Below, one piece after another: positions 8,426 through 20,000 of a DNA stretch of 64,000 nt. A model generated the notes under the pieces. That model was not told the DNA's origin, did no database searches, and saw nothing but the letters and a program-made list of their open reading frames with translations. Every line of letters begins with the position of its first letter. Position 1 is the stretch's first letter. Origin of the DNA: an uncultured Planctomycetales bacterium (lineage in GTDB: Bacteria > Planctomycetota > PLA2 > JAEUHO01); NCBI GenBank assembly GCA_964586025.1, contig CAZPGF010000001.1, forward strand, positions 29,544-93,543. The letters run 5' to 3'. The position numbers and the translations under genes are program-made.

Positions 8426-11014
8426 TCACTCCCCGGCGTCGTCGGCCGAGCCGTCGGTCCCCTCGTCCGCCGTCTCGTCCCCGCCGTCTTCCGGGCGGAC
8501 CCAGGCCATGCTCACCAGTCGGTCGCCGTCCGGGACGTCGATCGCCCGGACGCCCGCCGTGGAGCGGCTCATCGGCCGGAACTGCTCGCTCGTGACGCGC
8601 ATCCGGATCGACTTGCCGCCCTGGGTGATCAGAATTACCTCGTCGCCGTCGAGGACGGAGCGCGCGGCCACGACCTCGCCGTTGCGAGCAAGGCCGTCGG
8701 GCGACACGTTGCGAAGTCCCTGACCACCGCGTGACTGGGCGCGGTACTCGGCGAACGCGGTGCGCTTCGCGTAGCCGCGTTCGAACACGGTGAGCAGCGA
8801 TCCCGGCAGGGTCGCGACGTCGCCGTCGGCCGACTCGATCCGCACCTCGTCGCGGGCGATCGCCATGTCGACGACATGGTCGTCTTCCTGGAGGCGGATG
8901 CCTCGCACACCGCGGGTCGAGCGACCCATCTCGCGTGCGTCGGAGACCGGGAATCGGATCGACAGGCCGCGCGCGGTGACGAGCACCACCTCGTCCTTCT
9001 CATCGACGAGCGCGACGCCGAGAAGCGCGTCGCCTTCGACGAGCTGGATCGCGATGATGCCGCCGCGATGGATGTGCGCGAACTCCGACAGCGCGGTGCG
9101 CTTGACGAGGCCGTTGCGCGTCGCGAACAGGAGAGCGCGCGCGTCGCCCATCTCGCTGACCGGCAGCACCGCACGAATCCGCTCCTCGGCGCCGAGATCG
9201 AGCAGGTTGACGACGGCACGGCCCTTCGTGTAGCGCCCGAGATCCGGCAGCGCGAACACGCGATCCTTGAACACCCGTCCGGTGTGCGTGAAGTAGAGCA
9301 TCGTGTCGTGCGTGTTCGCGACGAGCAGGTGCTCGACGAAGTCCCCCTCCTTCGACTCGGTGCCCTTGATGCCCTTGCCGCCGCGGCGCTGGCGGCGGTA
9401 CTCGGCCAGTCCGGTTCGCTTGATGTAGCCCTCGTGCGAGAGTGTGATCACCACGTTCTCGGGGGCGATCAGATCGATCGAGGTGAGATCGTCCTTGGAG
9501 TCCTCGATCCGGGTCCGGCGCGAGACCGGGAATCGGGCCTTCAGCGCGAGCATGTCCTCGCGGAGGATCTGCGTGACGCGCTCGTCGCGCGCCAGGATGT
9601 CGCGGTAGTCGGTGATGCGCGCGAGCAGGTCGGCGTGTTCCGCCTCGAGTTCGCGGCGCTGGAGGCCGGTGAGGCGCTGAAGGCGCATTTGCAAGATCGC
9701 GTCGGCCTGCGCGATCGAGAAGCCGAACCGTTCGATCAGCCCGGCCTTCGCGGTCTGCGGGTCGGGGCTGGCGCGCAGCAGCGCGACGATCTCGTCGATC
9801 AGGTCGAGCGCGCGCAGCAGGCCGGAGACGATGTGGTCGCGCTCTTCGGCCTTGCGCAGGAGGTACCGGGTGCGCCGCGTGACGACCTCGCGGCGATGGG
9901 TGACGTAGGCTTCGATCAGGCGCACCAGGCTGCACAGCTCGGGGCGGCCGTCCACCAGCGCGATCATGTTCACGCCGAGCGTCTCGCGCAGCGCGCTGTG
10001 CTTGTAGAGCTGATTGAGGACGAGTTCGGGGTCGACGTCGCGACGGAGTGCAACGACGATGCGGATGTCCTTGCCGGACTCGTCGCGGACGTCCACGATG
10101 CCGTCGACGCGGTCGCCCTTCGCCAGGTCCGCGATCTTGGCGACGAGCGCCGCCTTGTTGACCTGGTAGGGGATCTCCGTGACGACGATCTGCGCGCCGC
10201 GGCGACCGCCTTCGGGTTCGTGGATCTCGCAGACCGCGCGCATCTCCAACGCGGCGCGGCCGGTCGTGTAGGCGTCGAGGATGGCCGCCCGCCCGCAGAT
10301 GCGCGCGCCGGTCGGGAGGTCCGGGCCCGGCAGGTGCTTCATCAGGCCGTGGACGTCGATCGCGGGGTCGTCGAGGTAGGCGAGGATCGCATCGGCCACC
10401 TCGCCGGGGTTGTGGGGGGGGATGGACGACGCCATCGCGACCGCGATGCCCGCGCCGCCGTTGATGAGCAGGTTGGGAAAGCGGCCGGGCAGGACGGTCG
10501 GCTCGAGGCGGGACTCGTCGTAGTTCGGTCGGAAGTCGACGGTTTCCTTGTCGAGGTCGTCCAGCAACTCGACCGCGGCGTGCGTCATGCGGCACTCCGT
10601 GTACCGCATCGACGCAGGCGGATCGCGATCGATCGAACCGAAGTTGCCCTGGCCCTGGACGAGCAGCTCGCTCATGTTGAACGGCTGCGCCATTCGCACG
10701 AGCGTCGGATAGATCGCCTGATCGCCGTGCGGGTGGTAGTTGCCCATCGTCTCGCCGACGACCTTCGCGCACTTGATCGTCTTGCGACTCGGGCCGAGAT
10801 TCAGGTCGTTCATCGCCACGAGGATGCGGCGCTGACTCGGCTTGAGTCCGTCGCGCACGTCGGGGAGCGCGCGATCGACGATCACGCTCATGGCGTAGCG
10901 CAGGTACGACTGCTTCAACTCGCCCGCGATGTCGAGGTCGAGGATCCGTTCGCTCCCACCACCGCCGCCGGAGGGCGACGGGTCCACGGATTCGGCGGAT
11001 TCGGAAGTCGACAT
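8426..11014 (-). CDS. gyrA: DNA gyrase subunit A
   Basis: [13 protein letters not shown] and [18 protein letters not shown] motifs with the beta-pinwheel C-terminal domain. ATG at 11014 (MSTSESAES...). Confidence 0.9.
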   Translation of the reverse strand: MSTSESAESVDPSPSGGGGGSERILDLDIAGELKQSYLRYAMSVIVDRALPDVRDGLKPSQRRILVAMNDLNLGPSRKTIKCAKVVGETMGNYHPHGDQAIYPTLVRMAQPFNMSELLVQGQGNFGSIDRDPPASMRYTECRMTHAAVELLDDLDKETVDFRPNYDESRLEPTVLPGRFPNLLINGGAGIAVAMASSIPPHNPGEVADAILAYLDDPAIDVHGLMKHLPGPDLPTGARICGRAAILDAYTTGRAALEMRAVCEIHEPEGGRRGAQIVVTEIPYQVNKAALVAKIADLAKGDRVDGIVDVRDESGKDIRIVVALRRDVDPELVLNQLYKHSALRETLGVNMIALVDGRPELCSLVRLIEAYVTHRREVVTRRTRYLLRKAEERDHIVSGLLRALDLIDEIVALLRASPDPQTAKAGLIERFGFSIAQADAILQMRLQRLTGLQRRELEAEHADLLARITDYRDILARDERVTQILREDMLALKARFPVSRRTRIEDSKDDLTSIDLIAPENVVITLSHEGYIKRTGLAEYRRQRRGGKGIKGTESKEGDFVEHLLVANTHDTMLYFTHTGRVFKDRVFALPDLGRYTKGRAVVNLLDLGAEERIRAVLPVSEMGDARALLFATRNGLVKRTALSEFAHIHRGGIIAIQLVEGDALLGVALVDEKDEVVLVTARGLSIRFPVSDAREMGRSTRGVRGIRLQEDDHVVDMAIARDEVRIESADGDVATLPGSLLTVFERGYAKRTAFAEYRAQSRGGQGLRNVSPDGLARNGEVVAARSVLDGDEVILITQGGKSIRMRVTSEQFRPMSRSTAGVRAIDVPDGDRLVSMAWVRPEDGGDETADEGTDGSADDAGE

Positions 11015-11267
11015 CGTCCTCTCTCGAAGCCTCCCGGGAGGGGTCCCGAAGTTGCCTCCGGGGCGCCGCGAACCGCCGCGAACGCATGGCATCGCGGCCC
11101 GACGGCGGGTAGCGGGGCATGGTACCCTCCGCGGCTCGCGGACCGACGGGAATTCGGGGGTTTGCGGCCTCGGAGAAGCCATGGTTCAGCGCGTCGCGCG
11201 TCGCGTCGATCGCCCGGTCGATCGCCCCGTCGCGTCCCGTCGGCCAACGCTTCGGCGAGTTCTCGCG

Positions 11268-12398
11268 ATGGCACTCTTCCTCGCGCTCCTCGGTTGCGGC
11301 GAGCCGTCGGGACCGAGCGATGGTTCGAGCGCCGAGTTCGCTTCCCCGTGGAGCGAATCGGACCGTCAACTGAACCTCGCGGGCACCGCGACCGTGATGG
11401 GCGCGACCCACGGCCGCGTCTTCCGAGACCGCATTCGCGCGCTTCGCGACGAGTGGCTGCCGGAACTGATCGACGCGGGCACCGGTGCCGGCGATCGCGA
11501 GGCGTTTCGCCGGTACCTCCGTTCGATCGTCGATCAGGTCGCGTTCCACCTGCCGGAAGCGTTGCGCGAGGAACTCGATGCGATGGCGGACGCGGCTGGA
11601 CTCGAACCGCTCGACCTGCTCGAGTTGGAAGTCGCTCGCGACGCCGTGCGGATGCGCGACGGTGCGCCGCGCATGTCGGGCGCGTTCGCCTTCCATCGCG
11701 CGATCGACCACGACCACGGCGGGCCCCGTCGCGGACTTCGCGTGACCTGGCACGGACCCGACGCCCGGCGCGTCACCGCGAACGGCGTGCGCATCGTGCG
11801 TGTGCCTTCCGACGGTCGCCCCGCGACGATCTGCGACACCTGGCCCGGCATGCTCGGCGGCATCGTGGTGACGCGACTCGCCGGAACGGAGCGCGGGCGG
11901 AGCGGCGGGCGAGCGGATGCCGACCTCGTGATCGGAGCGGCCGAGGTGGAGGTGCCACCGTCGCATCGCGGATTCGGCACCGGTCTGCCGCTGTCGATGT
12001 CGCTGCGGATCGCCGCCGAAGCGTCCGAGTGGAACGGCATGCGGGGACTCGGCGGCAGCATGGGACACGTCGCGTTCGCGTTCGACCCTCGTCCTGGCGC
12101 GGACCCCGTGGCCGTCGTCGGCACGTTGGCGTCGGTCGCTCCCGACGACGTCGTACGGGCGCTTGACGCGACCGGCGTGCCGGTCCTCGTAGCCGGACCG
12201 CATGCGAACCTCGCCGGCCCCGAGCAGACACAACTCGACGAACGCGTCGCCGAGGCGCCCGAGTCGGCCTATCGGGAGTTCGCGCAACTCGCCGACGTGC
12301 CCGACGCGTCGAGTGCGTCCCACGCCTCGCTCGAACGGACGTACGGGGGATCCGGCGAAGGCGACGACTCGTCGGGCCTGGCCCCGACGCGTCGCTGA
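11268..12398 (+). CDS. hypothetical lipoprotein
   Basis: MALFLALLGCGE has a lipobox LLGC. An alternative upstream ATG lies at 11181. Divergent from gyrA. Confidence 0.5.
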   Translation: MALFLALLGCGEPSGPSDGSSAEFASPWSESDRQLNLAGTATVMGATHGRVFRDRIRALRDEWLPELIDAGTGAGDREAFRRYLRSIVDQVAFHLPEALREELDAMADAAGLEPLDLLELEVARDAVRMRDGAPRMSGAFAFHRAIDHDHGGPRRGLRVTWHGPDARRVTANGVRIVRVPSDGRPATICDTWPGMLGGIVVTRLAGTERGRSGGRADADLVIGAAEVEVPPSHRGFGTGLPLSMSLRIAAEASEWNGMRGLGGSMGHVAFAFDPRPGADPVAVVGTLASVAPDDVVRALDATGVPVLVAGPHANLAGPEQTQLDERVAEAPESAYREFAQLADVPDASSASHASLERTYGGSGEGDDSSGLAPTRR

Positions 12399-12400
12399 AC

Positions 12401-14473
12401 TCAGGGACCGACGGGTCCCAGTCGGTCCAGCGCGCGACGCGCCACGATCCGCAATTCCTTGCGGGCGGGTTCGGGACTCGTCCCCCCGGCCAGATCGGCA
12501 AGTCGCCGTCGGGCGAGCGCGCGACGCGCTTCGTCCGGCGCCGCCGCGTCGACGATGGCGCGCGAGAGGCGGAGGATCTCGTCGATCCATTCCATCGTCT
12601 CCGGGTCCCCCCGGAACGGGCCGCGCAGGGCGTCGTGGCGGAGCGATGCGCGCTCGATCGCCCGCTCCGCCGCGACCAGATCGCCTTCCCTGGCGGCGAG
12701 TCGTGCCGAGAGCGTCTCGGCTCGGAAGGCGATCCACAGCGCGCCGGGGGTGGTCGGCGCGGGGTCGATGCGGAGTGCGTCGATGTCCGTGCGCGCTTCC
12801 ACCACGTCGTCGAGATGATCGAGCGAGATCTCGGCAGCGTGCAGCCGGGCGTCCGCCGCACGTTCGGCTCGCGGATCGCGCTCCGCCGCGCCGCGCCACG
12901 CATCGCGCGCGCTGATCCACAGGCGCTCGGCGTGGATGTCGGCCTCCGGACGCTCGAGCGCACGGCGCTCCAGCCGATCGCCCTCCGCGGCGAGGATCGC
13001 TGCGCGCGCCTCGTCGACCTGCTCCGGAAACGCGCGCGCCGCGAACAGGACGCCGCCCGCGGTGAAAAGGGCGATGCCGACCCGCAGTCGGCGGGAGACA
13101 GCGCGCTCGCGACGCCGCACCGAGTCGTCGCCCGCGTACGACGCGAGCATCTGCGCGCGACTCTCCAGGGTCCCGTGGCGATGCGCCGGGCTTTGGCCCC
13201 CGGTCGCGTGATGCAGACGTTCGAACGCGCGCATCAGGTGGATCGCCGGGACCGACACCGCCCCCTCCGCGGCGCCGTCGCCCGCCGGTTCGCGCGGGAC
13301 GCGCTCCCCGAAGTCCACGGTGAAGAAATCGGCCTCGCGCTCGAATCGACGTGAGATCACGCCGAGCAGGACGAACCAGAACAGCGCCAACTGGCCGACG
13401 AGGATGAGGAACGGCGGGATCCCGAGCGCGACGAGCGGTCCGTGGGCGATGCCGATCCACAGCGCGAGCGAGAGGACCAGAACGATGTACAGGGGAATGT
13501 GGCGTCGGACCGCGTGTCCCGCCTCGTGGAGGAAGACCGCGGCGATCTCCTCCTCCGGCATCGACGCGACGAGGCGGTCGGTGAGGAAGATCCGTCGGGT
13601 GCGGCCGAATCCGACGACCATCGCGTTGAGGATGCGGCCCTGGGTGTTCCACAGGTAGATGCCCTGGAGGGGGAGCCGCAACGACGCCGCGATCTCGACG
13701 AGGCGCGTCTGCAGCGAGCCCGGCGGCAACGGGCTCGCACGCATCAGCCGTCCGGCGATTGCGGGCAGGGCCGGGAGCGCGATCGCGAGCAGGAGCACGA
13801 AGACGCCGAGTTGCAGCAACTCGAAGTGTTCGAGCCAGAGGCCCGCCCGGCGTGCCGGCTCGACACCGAGTTCGCCGGCGACGTGGAGCGCCTCGCCGAG
13901 GCCGAGCAGCACGAAGAGGGGCGCGGCGATCAGCGCGTTGCGACGGAGCCCGGCCCGCACCGCCTGACGGGGTCCGGCGACGCGGGGGACGATCCCTCGC
14001 GTGCGGGCGAAGGCAATCTCGACCTCGTTCTCGGCGACCCAGGTGAAGGCGAACATCACGGCGAGCGGCAGCAGCAGCACGACGTAGGGGGCCATCCAGA
14101 CGACCCGTGGAACCACGGTGGCCGCCCACACGCCCCAATCGAACGCGCTCAGGCAGACGAGCCATGCCGCGAGCGTGCCGAGACGAAGCCCCCGGGTCGA
14201 GGCGAGCGCGACGGCGCCCGCGCCGTCCTCGATCGCCTCCACTCCGCGTTGCGCGACGTGTCGCGTCCACGTCGCGACGGTGGCGACGAGCACGAGCGTT
14301 CCCCACGGAGCCAGGGGCGGCGGCGTCGTCGCGGGACTCAACGTGCCGAGCCCGACCAGCAGTGCGATCAGGACGGTCAGGTCGGGAAGCACCGCCGCGA
14401 AGTGTCGCCGCACCCGCGGCCGTCGACGAGCGAAACCCCCCCGGCGGCACGAGCGTTCCGCGCGTGGATGCAC
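12401..14473 (-). CDS. M48-family zinc metallopeptidase (membrane), C-terminal helical/TPR-like extension
   Basis: HEAGH zincin motif in FLHEAGHAVRRH, multiple TM helices, and a long Ala/Arg-rich helical C-terminus. Start (GTG 14473) is uncertain. Confidence 0.7.
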   Translation of the reverse strand: MHPRAERSCRRGGFARRRPRVRRHFAAVLPDLTVLIALLVGLGTLSPATTPPPLAPWGTLVLVATVATWTRHVAQRGVEAIEDGAGAVALASTRGLRLGTLAAWLVCLSAFDWGVWAATVVPRVVWMAPYVVLLLPLAVMFAFTWVAENEVEIAFARTRGIVPRVAGPRQAVRAGLRRNALIAAPLFVLLGLGEALHVAGELGVEPARRAGLWLEHFELLQLGVFVLLLAIALPALPAIAGRLMRASPLPPGSLQTRLVEIAASLRLPLQGIYLWNTQGRILNAMVVGFGRTRRIFLTDRLVASMPEEEIAAVFLHEAGHAVRRHIPLYIVLVLSLALWIGIAHGPLVALGIPPFLILVGQLALFWFVLLGVISRRFEREADFFTVDFGERVPREPAGDGAAEGAVSVPAIHLMRAFERLHHATGGQSPAHRHGTLESRAQMLASYAGDDSVRRRERAVSRRLRVGIALFTAGGVLFAARAFPEQVDEARAAILAAEGDRLERRALERPEADIHAERLWISARDAWRGAAERDPRAERAADARLHAAEISLDHLDDVVEARTDIDALRIDPAPTTPGALWIAFRAETLSARLAAREGDLVAAERAIERASLRHDALRGPFRGDPETMEWIDEILRLSRAIVDAAAPDEARRALARRRLADLAGGTSPEPARKELRIVARRALDRLGPVGP

Positions 14474-14544
14474 TCGCCGCGGCGGGCGTGTACCTTCGCC
14501 GAACAGGGGGCGCGGCGACGAGTCGAGCGCTCCGGGAGGGCACG

Positions 14545-15624
14545 ATGGACCACCCGACGGATGGGCCGGTGGCTGGGCGTCGATCGTCGACGCGCGCGAC
14601 GATCATGGCGACCGCGCTGTGCGGGTGGCTCGGGTGCGTGACCGCCGGTGCCGACGAGCCGAAGGGCGCGACGTTTCGCGAACCGCAACTCGGACTCTCC
14701 GCGACGGGCCCGAGCGGTTGGCGCGTCGCGACCCAGGGAACGGCGCCCACCGAGTGGACGCGCCTGGCGACGTGGTTCGAGACGGGGAATCCTGCGGAAG
14801 CGGTCCTGAGCGCGCGTCGTCGTTCGGCCATCGACGTGCAGGCGCTGCAGACGCGTGTTCGCGACGAGTGGTCCGCGTCGAAGGAGATCACCGTCGTCGG
14901 CACGCGCTCCGTCGAACCGACCCCGACCGCGCCGATCGGCCAGGTGATCGTCGATGCCACCTACGTCGTCCGCCCGAAGCCCGCCGCGGGCGCCGATCCG
15001 ACCGTGCCACCGCCGCCGGTGCCGTGGAGGATCCGGGCGACCTACTGGCTCGCGCCGCGTGGCGAGGTGCTGCTCTACGCGAAGGCCCCGCAGGCGCAGT
15101 GGGCGCGCTTCGAACCGCTCCTCAAGCAACTCGAGACGAGCGTCGCGTTCGTCGGAGCGGAGTCGGCGGCCGAGCCGGCCGGCTCCGGAACCTTCCGCGA
15201 CGAGAAGAACGGCTTCGCCTGCCGCTACCCCGACGGGTACTCGGTCGCGCTGCCGGCCCAGCGCAACCACATCGTGCAGTTCGCCGCGATCGACGCGGAC
15301 GCGCCGTCGTTCGACGTCTACGTGGTGCCGTGGGAGCGTGCGCTCGACGATGACGTCGCGCGGACCCAGTCGTTCTACGAGAACGAACAGGCGGCCGAGA
15401 CGAGCACGCACCCGTTGACGCTGCTCGGACAGGAGGCGACCCGCCTCGAGGCGCGGGCGCGGATCGGCGGCCGCGACCTGCTGCTGCTGACCGTCTTCGC
15501 GAAAGTCGGGTCGAACCGGGTCTTTCGAATCAAGGCCACGGCCCCGGTCGGTCGAGAGGGAGAACTGCGCCGCGCCCTGGATGCGTTCCTCGGCGGGTTC
15601 ACCCTGATCCCGACCGCGCGCTGA
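14545..15624 (+). CDS. secreted hypothetical protein, possible tandem PsbP/DUF1795-like modules
   Basis: ATG at 14545. Hydrophobic N-terminus (ATIMATALCGWLGCVTAGA) with a possible lipobox. Two similar ~150-aa halves. Confidence 0.5.
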   Translation: MDHPTDGPVAGRRSSTRATIMATALCGWLGCVTAGADEPKGATFREPQLGLSATGPSGWRVATQGTAPTEWTRLATWFETGNPAEAVLSARRRSAIDVQALQTRVRDEWSASKEITVVGTRSVEPTPTAPIGQVIVDATYVVRPKPAAGADPTVPPPPVPWRIRATYWLAPRGEVLLYAKAPQAQWARFEPLLKQLETSVAFVGAESAAEPAGSGTFRDEKNGFACRYPDGYSVALPAQRNHIVQFAAIDADAPSFDVYVVPWERALDDDVARTQSFYENEQAAETSTHPLTLLGQEATRLEARARIGGRDLLLLTVFAKVGSNRVFRIKATAPVGREGELRRALDAFLGGFTLIPTAR

Positions 15625-15783
15625 CGCCCTGAAAAGGCCGGTCGTGGGCCGCGTGTCCACGAATCAGGACGCCTCCCTCCGAGCGACGTGGGGGAGGTCC
15701 GCTCAAGCGCCCTTCGTTCGGCGGCCGATAGGGCCGCGGGTCCGCCGTCCGCCCGGACGGGTCGGAGCACCGGAGGGCGTTCC

Positions 15784-17085
15784 ATGCAGTCCCGCAAGGC
15801 TTCGCGACGGCTCCGCGACGAGCGGGGCATGGTCCTCGTGTGGGTGAGCCTCTGCCTGGTCACGGTCGCCGGGATCATCGTGGCGTCGATGGGACGCCAG
15901 CAGGCTCTCGAGGGCCTCTCGGAGTTCGAGTCCGCCTCGCCGGCCCACGCCCGGGACGTCGCCGAGGCGGGCATCGTGGACACGCTGGCGTGGTTCCGCC
16001 GGCAGACCGATCAGCCGGTCGCCGCGTTCACGCCTCGCCGCGACCTCACGCTCGACCCGCCGATCAACGAGACCGACGACCCGACCCGCGGACTCATCCG
16101 CTCCTACGAGGTCGCTCCGCGACTCTGGGCGCGTTACGAAGTGCTGATCGGCCGCGAGGCGGAGTCGTTCACCGACGAGAACGGCAACGGTCGCTTCGAT
16201 GCGGGCGAGGAGTTCGACGACGCGAACGGCAACGGTCGTCGTGACGAGGCGCTCGGCGTCCGCGACGTCACGGAGCGGCGCGGTGAGACCGGCAACGGGA
16301 TCGTCTGGCGCATCGAGAGCCGCGGCTCCGTGTTCCGCCGCATCGACCCGACGATCCCGCTCGGCGAGGGCGTCAACGCCCGCATCTCCGAGGCACGTCT
16401 CGCGACCGAGATCCGGCGGATGGCGATCAACATGCCGGCGTCGGCGGCGATCTGCGCGGCGCGCGGCGACGGAGTCACCATCGGCGCGCGCACCCGCATC
16501 GCCGGTGGTCCCGGGGCGGGGATCGCGTACGCGTCGGGCACCGGGTCGGCGCTGCTGCTCACGGGCGCCCAGGTGACCGGGAGTCCCGCGCACACCGGGA
16601 TCCCCGGGCTCGACGTCGATGTCGAGTCCGTCTTCGGCACCGATCTCGCGGGGGTGCGCGCCGCGGCCGGCTTCGTGACCGACGACGTCGCGACGCTCCC
16701 GTTGCCGCTCCCGTCGGCCAGCCTCACCGTGTTCGAAGGCAGCCTGACGTTCAACGAGAAGCGTCCGCTGCGCGGAACCGCGATCCTCGTGGTCACCGGC
16801 GACTGCACGATCGAGACGGGCAGCAACAGCTTCTTCAACGGCGTGCTGTGGGTCGGCGGCAACCTGACCGTGCGGGCCCCGACCCTGCTCACGGGAACCA
16901 TCGTCGTCTCGGGCAAGGCCGACCTCCGCGGGCTCGGCGGCGACCACGTGGAGGTGCAGCAGGACGACGAGGTGGTCCACCGCCTGCTGCAGACCTTGGG
17001 CCAGTACCGCTTCGCCAAGGCCATTCACCGCGTCGAGGGGGAAGACGCTCCGCGTCGACTCTCCGGCGAAGGGGGAGGTGCGTGA
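15784..17085 (+). CDS. PilX/GspK-like minor pseudopilin-type protein
   Basis: N-terminus [15 protein letters not shown]|MVLVWVSLCLVTVAGIIVASM resembles PilX/GspK (no Glu at +5). Contains DENGNGRFDAGEEFDDANGNGRRDE Ca-binding-like repeats. GGAGGG sits 6 nt upstream of ATG 15784. Confidence 0.6.
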   Translation: MQSRKASRRLRDERGMVLVWVSLCLVTVAGIIVASMGRQQALEGLSEFESASPAHARDVAEAGIVDTLAWFRRQTDQPVAAFTPRRDLTLDPPINETDDPTRGLIRSYEVAPRLWARYEVLIGREAESFTDENGNGRFDAGEEFDDANGNGRRDEALGVRDVTERRGETGNGIVWRIESRGSVFRRIDPTIPLGEGVNARISEARLATEIRRMAINMPASAAICAARGDGVTIGARTRIAGGPGAGIAYASGTGSALLLTGAQVTGSPAHTGIPGLDVDVESVFGTDLAGVRAAAGFVTDDVATLPLPLPSASLTVFEGSLTFNEKRPLRGTAILVVTGDCTIETGSNSFFNGVLWVGGNLTVRAPTLLTGTIVVSGKADLRGLGGDHVEVQQDDEVVHRLLQTLGQYRFAKAIHRVEGEDAPRRLSGEGGGA

Positions 17086-20000
17086 TGTACCGCCGCGCGT
17101 CGGGCTTCAGTTTCATCGAGATCCTCATCGCTGCGGGTCTCGTCGCGATCGCGTCGATGGCGGCCGCAGCGCACGTGACCCGCAGCGCGCAGCGTTCCGA
17201 CTGGGCGCAGGACCGCATCTTCGCGCGTCAGAAGGCCCTCTCGATCCTCGCCGAACTCCGCGCGTACGTGGAGGGCGGCGACGGCGAGGTCGCGGCGGAC
17301 CTCGACGGCTTCGACGACGGCGTGGCATGGCGCCCGAACCTGACGATCCAGCCCGATCCGAACGATCCGGGCGCATTCCTGCATCCGGGGCATCCGACGT
17401 CGGCGAACGTCGAGAACGAGGGCGTCTGGGCGTGGCAGCGCCAAATCTCCGTCCGGCGTTTCCCGAGCGTCAACACCCGCGACCTCCGGATTTGCACGGT
17501 GCGCGTGTTCCGCCGCCGCGTCGGAGACGTCGATCCCGGTGAACTGATGGCCGAGGTATCCGGCGTCATCCGCACCCTGGGCGACGCGTTCCCGAGCACC
17601 CAGGTCTACGACGTCTACCTCCTCGCGCTCGACAACGTGCCCGGCTGGTGGGTGTTCATGGACGCGATCCAGCCGTTCGTCGAGGCGACCCTCTCGGATC
17701 TCGAGTCCCGCAATCCCGGCCTGCGATTCCGCACGCACTGGATCACCAAGGCGGGCTTCGGTCGAAACGAGGAGTACGCGCCGTACACGAACGAGACGCG
17801 CATCAGCACCGACAACACGCCGTGGGCGTACGTGTATCCGGGGCGGATGCCGGCCGACTCCGCCGCCCAGCGCTACTACGTCGCGCACCGATTCGGTGGT
17901 CGCGTGAACCTCGACGGGGAGATCACGCCGAGCTTCTACAACGACCTCGCGCCGATGGAGCCCTACACCGACACGAACGGCAACGGTCAGCGCGACGCGG
18001 GCGAACCGTGGGACGATCTGGACGCCGACAACACCTGGGACCGCGGCAACCCCGTGCCCTACGCGCTCGCGGACATGCACAACCACTGCATGCGCAGCCC
18101 CGATGAGGTCGCGCGCTTCGAGCAGCGCGTCGCGGTGGGCCAGGAAGACGCCGAGGTGCCGACGTGGCGCATCCTCCTGGATCGGATGATCGCGATGCCG
18201 GATCGCTACCACAACGCGATCCTGATCAACCTCCACGGCGAGCTCCTTCCGATGCCGGCGGTCCGCAACTACAGCGACGCTGCGAAGATCCCCGACCTCC
18301 GTCCCGGTTGGCGCGCCGTGACGCACCCCGAGCGCCTTCGCTCGGTGCGGGTCGCCGGCGCTCCGGCCTCGTCGCAGGAGATCGCTTGGCGCGTGTACGC
18401 CTACAAGACGTCGTGGTCCGGCACGGCCGGCGCCGAGGCCCTCACGTCGCAGGAGGAACCCTTCGTCGACGCCAACCTGAACGGCATCTACGACGACGGC
18501 GAGGCGTACGACGACTGGAACGGGAATGGGTTCCGCGACGAGGGCATCCCGATCCACATTATGATCCCCGGCGGCCGCTTCGATCAGTCCGTCAACATCG
18601 GTTCGACGCCCTCGCTGACGATCCAGTGCATCTCGGGTGGCATCGACGCCAACGGCGACGGAACGGTCGAGGACTACGCGAACTGGGCCAACGCCGCGCG
18701 ATACCCCGACGCCTTCACGGATGTCAACGGAGACACCCGGCGTCAGCGCGCCGAGGCGTACCTCGACCTGAACGGGAACGGGACGCGCGACGTCGATGAG
18801 CCGTTCAGTGACCTGGACGGGGACGGGGTCTACACGGCCGTCGACGAGCCGCTGACCGCGGACTACGACGGCGACGGGATCCTCGACCGGGCCGGTCCGG
18901 AGGAGACGTACACGGACGTCAACGCCAACGGCCGCTGGGACGCCGCCGAGCCCTACCTCGACGTGAACGGCGACGGGACTCGCAACGGACCGGCCGCCTC
19001 ACCGGCGCCGCTGTGGCGGCCGTGGGACCCGCTGACCGACGACGCGACCAACGCGTCGGTCCTCGCCGACTACGTCTACAACTACGGCGAGCCGTTCCTC
19101 GATCTCGACGGCGACTCGGTGTGGGATCCTGCCGAGCCGCTCGTGGACGGCAACGCCAACGGCGTCCACGACGGAGGCTTCCGCCGCGGTGAGATGTGGT
19201 ACCTCGTACGCTACGACGACGAGGGCACGTCGCTCCTCCTCCACGGAACGCCGCTCGAGACGCCGCGCACGTCGTCCGGGCGCGGCCTGTCGTCGACCCG
19301 ACGTCTGTACGAACTCGACTACATCCCGTGCCCGACGCCGACGAGCACGTCCGCCGGCGGCGATCGCTTCGCCAGGAACCTCTACTCGACGAGCAGCCGC
19401 CCGAAGAACACCGCGCGTTGGCGCATCGCGATGTCGCCGACGGCGATCCGCGACGGGTTCGCGTCCGGCGACGCGATCGACCGCGTCGTGCGTCTCGAGA
19501 CGCGTTTCGGGCGCGACCGGACGACCGGCACGATGTGGCCGACGCGCTGGCAGCCGGCGAACAAGAGCGCGTCGTTCACGTGGTACACCGACTCCGTCGA
19601 GGACGTCCCGTTCAGCGAGCGATACCAGTTCATGGGGGATCCGCGGCACATGCCGTACATGGACCTCGACCGACACGGGGAGACGAGCCCGAACGGCTAC
19701 AACTGGTTCTTCGACGACTTCACGACGGGGGCCGGCAACGTCTACGACGACTGGCCGGCCTTCGACGGAGCCCGTCTCCGGAACTCGTGGCGCGGCAACC
19801 GCGGCAGTTCGCTCGACGTGCCGCGTCTGATGTCGTGGTTGCGGTACGCGCTCGTCCGCAACGAGGCGATCTACACGACGCTGACGGGCTTCTCGTACTA
19901 CTACCTGTCCGTCGGCGGGGACATCGGGTACGACGTCGACAACGGGTTCGCGAACAGCATCCCGATGGACGGCGCCCCGTTCGGTCTCACCGGCGACGTG

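Noticed and set aside
9000-14960. 1986-aa reverse-strand ORF and several other multi-kb ORFs (e.g. 8876..12166, 5883..8723, 2404..3738, 27179..30115 upstream part, 30248..32932, 58740..61796, 58877..61798)
   Set aside because: Arg/Ala/Pro/Gly-rich low-complexity translations lying antisense to or out of frame with well-supported genes. These are typical stop-codon-poor artefacts of about 70% GC DNA.
15672-15697. CCTCCC...GGGAGG inverted repeat upstream of the pilin-like cassette as a regulatory hairpin
   Set aside because: Short (6-bp) arms with a 14-nt loop, and GGGAGG could simply be Shine-Dalgarno-like sequence; too weak to call.
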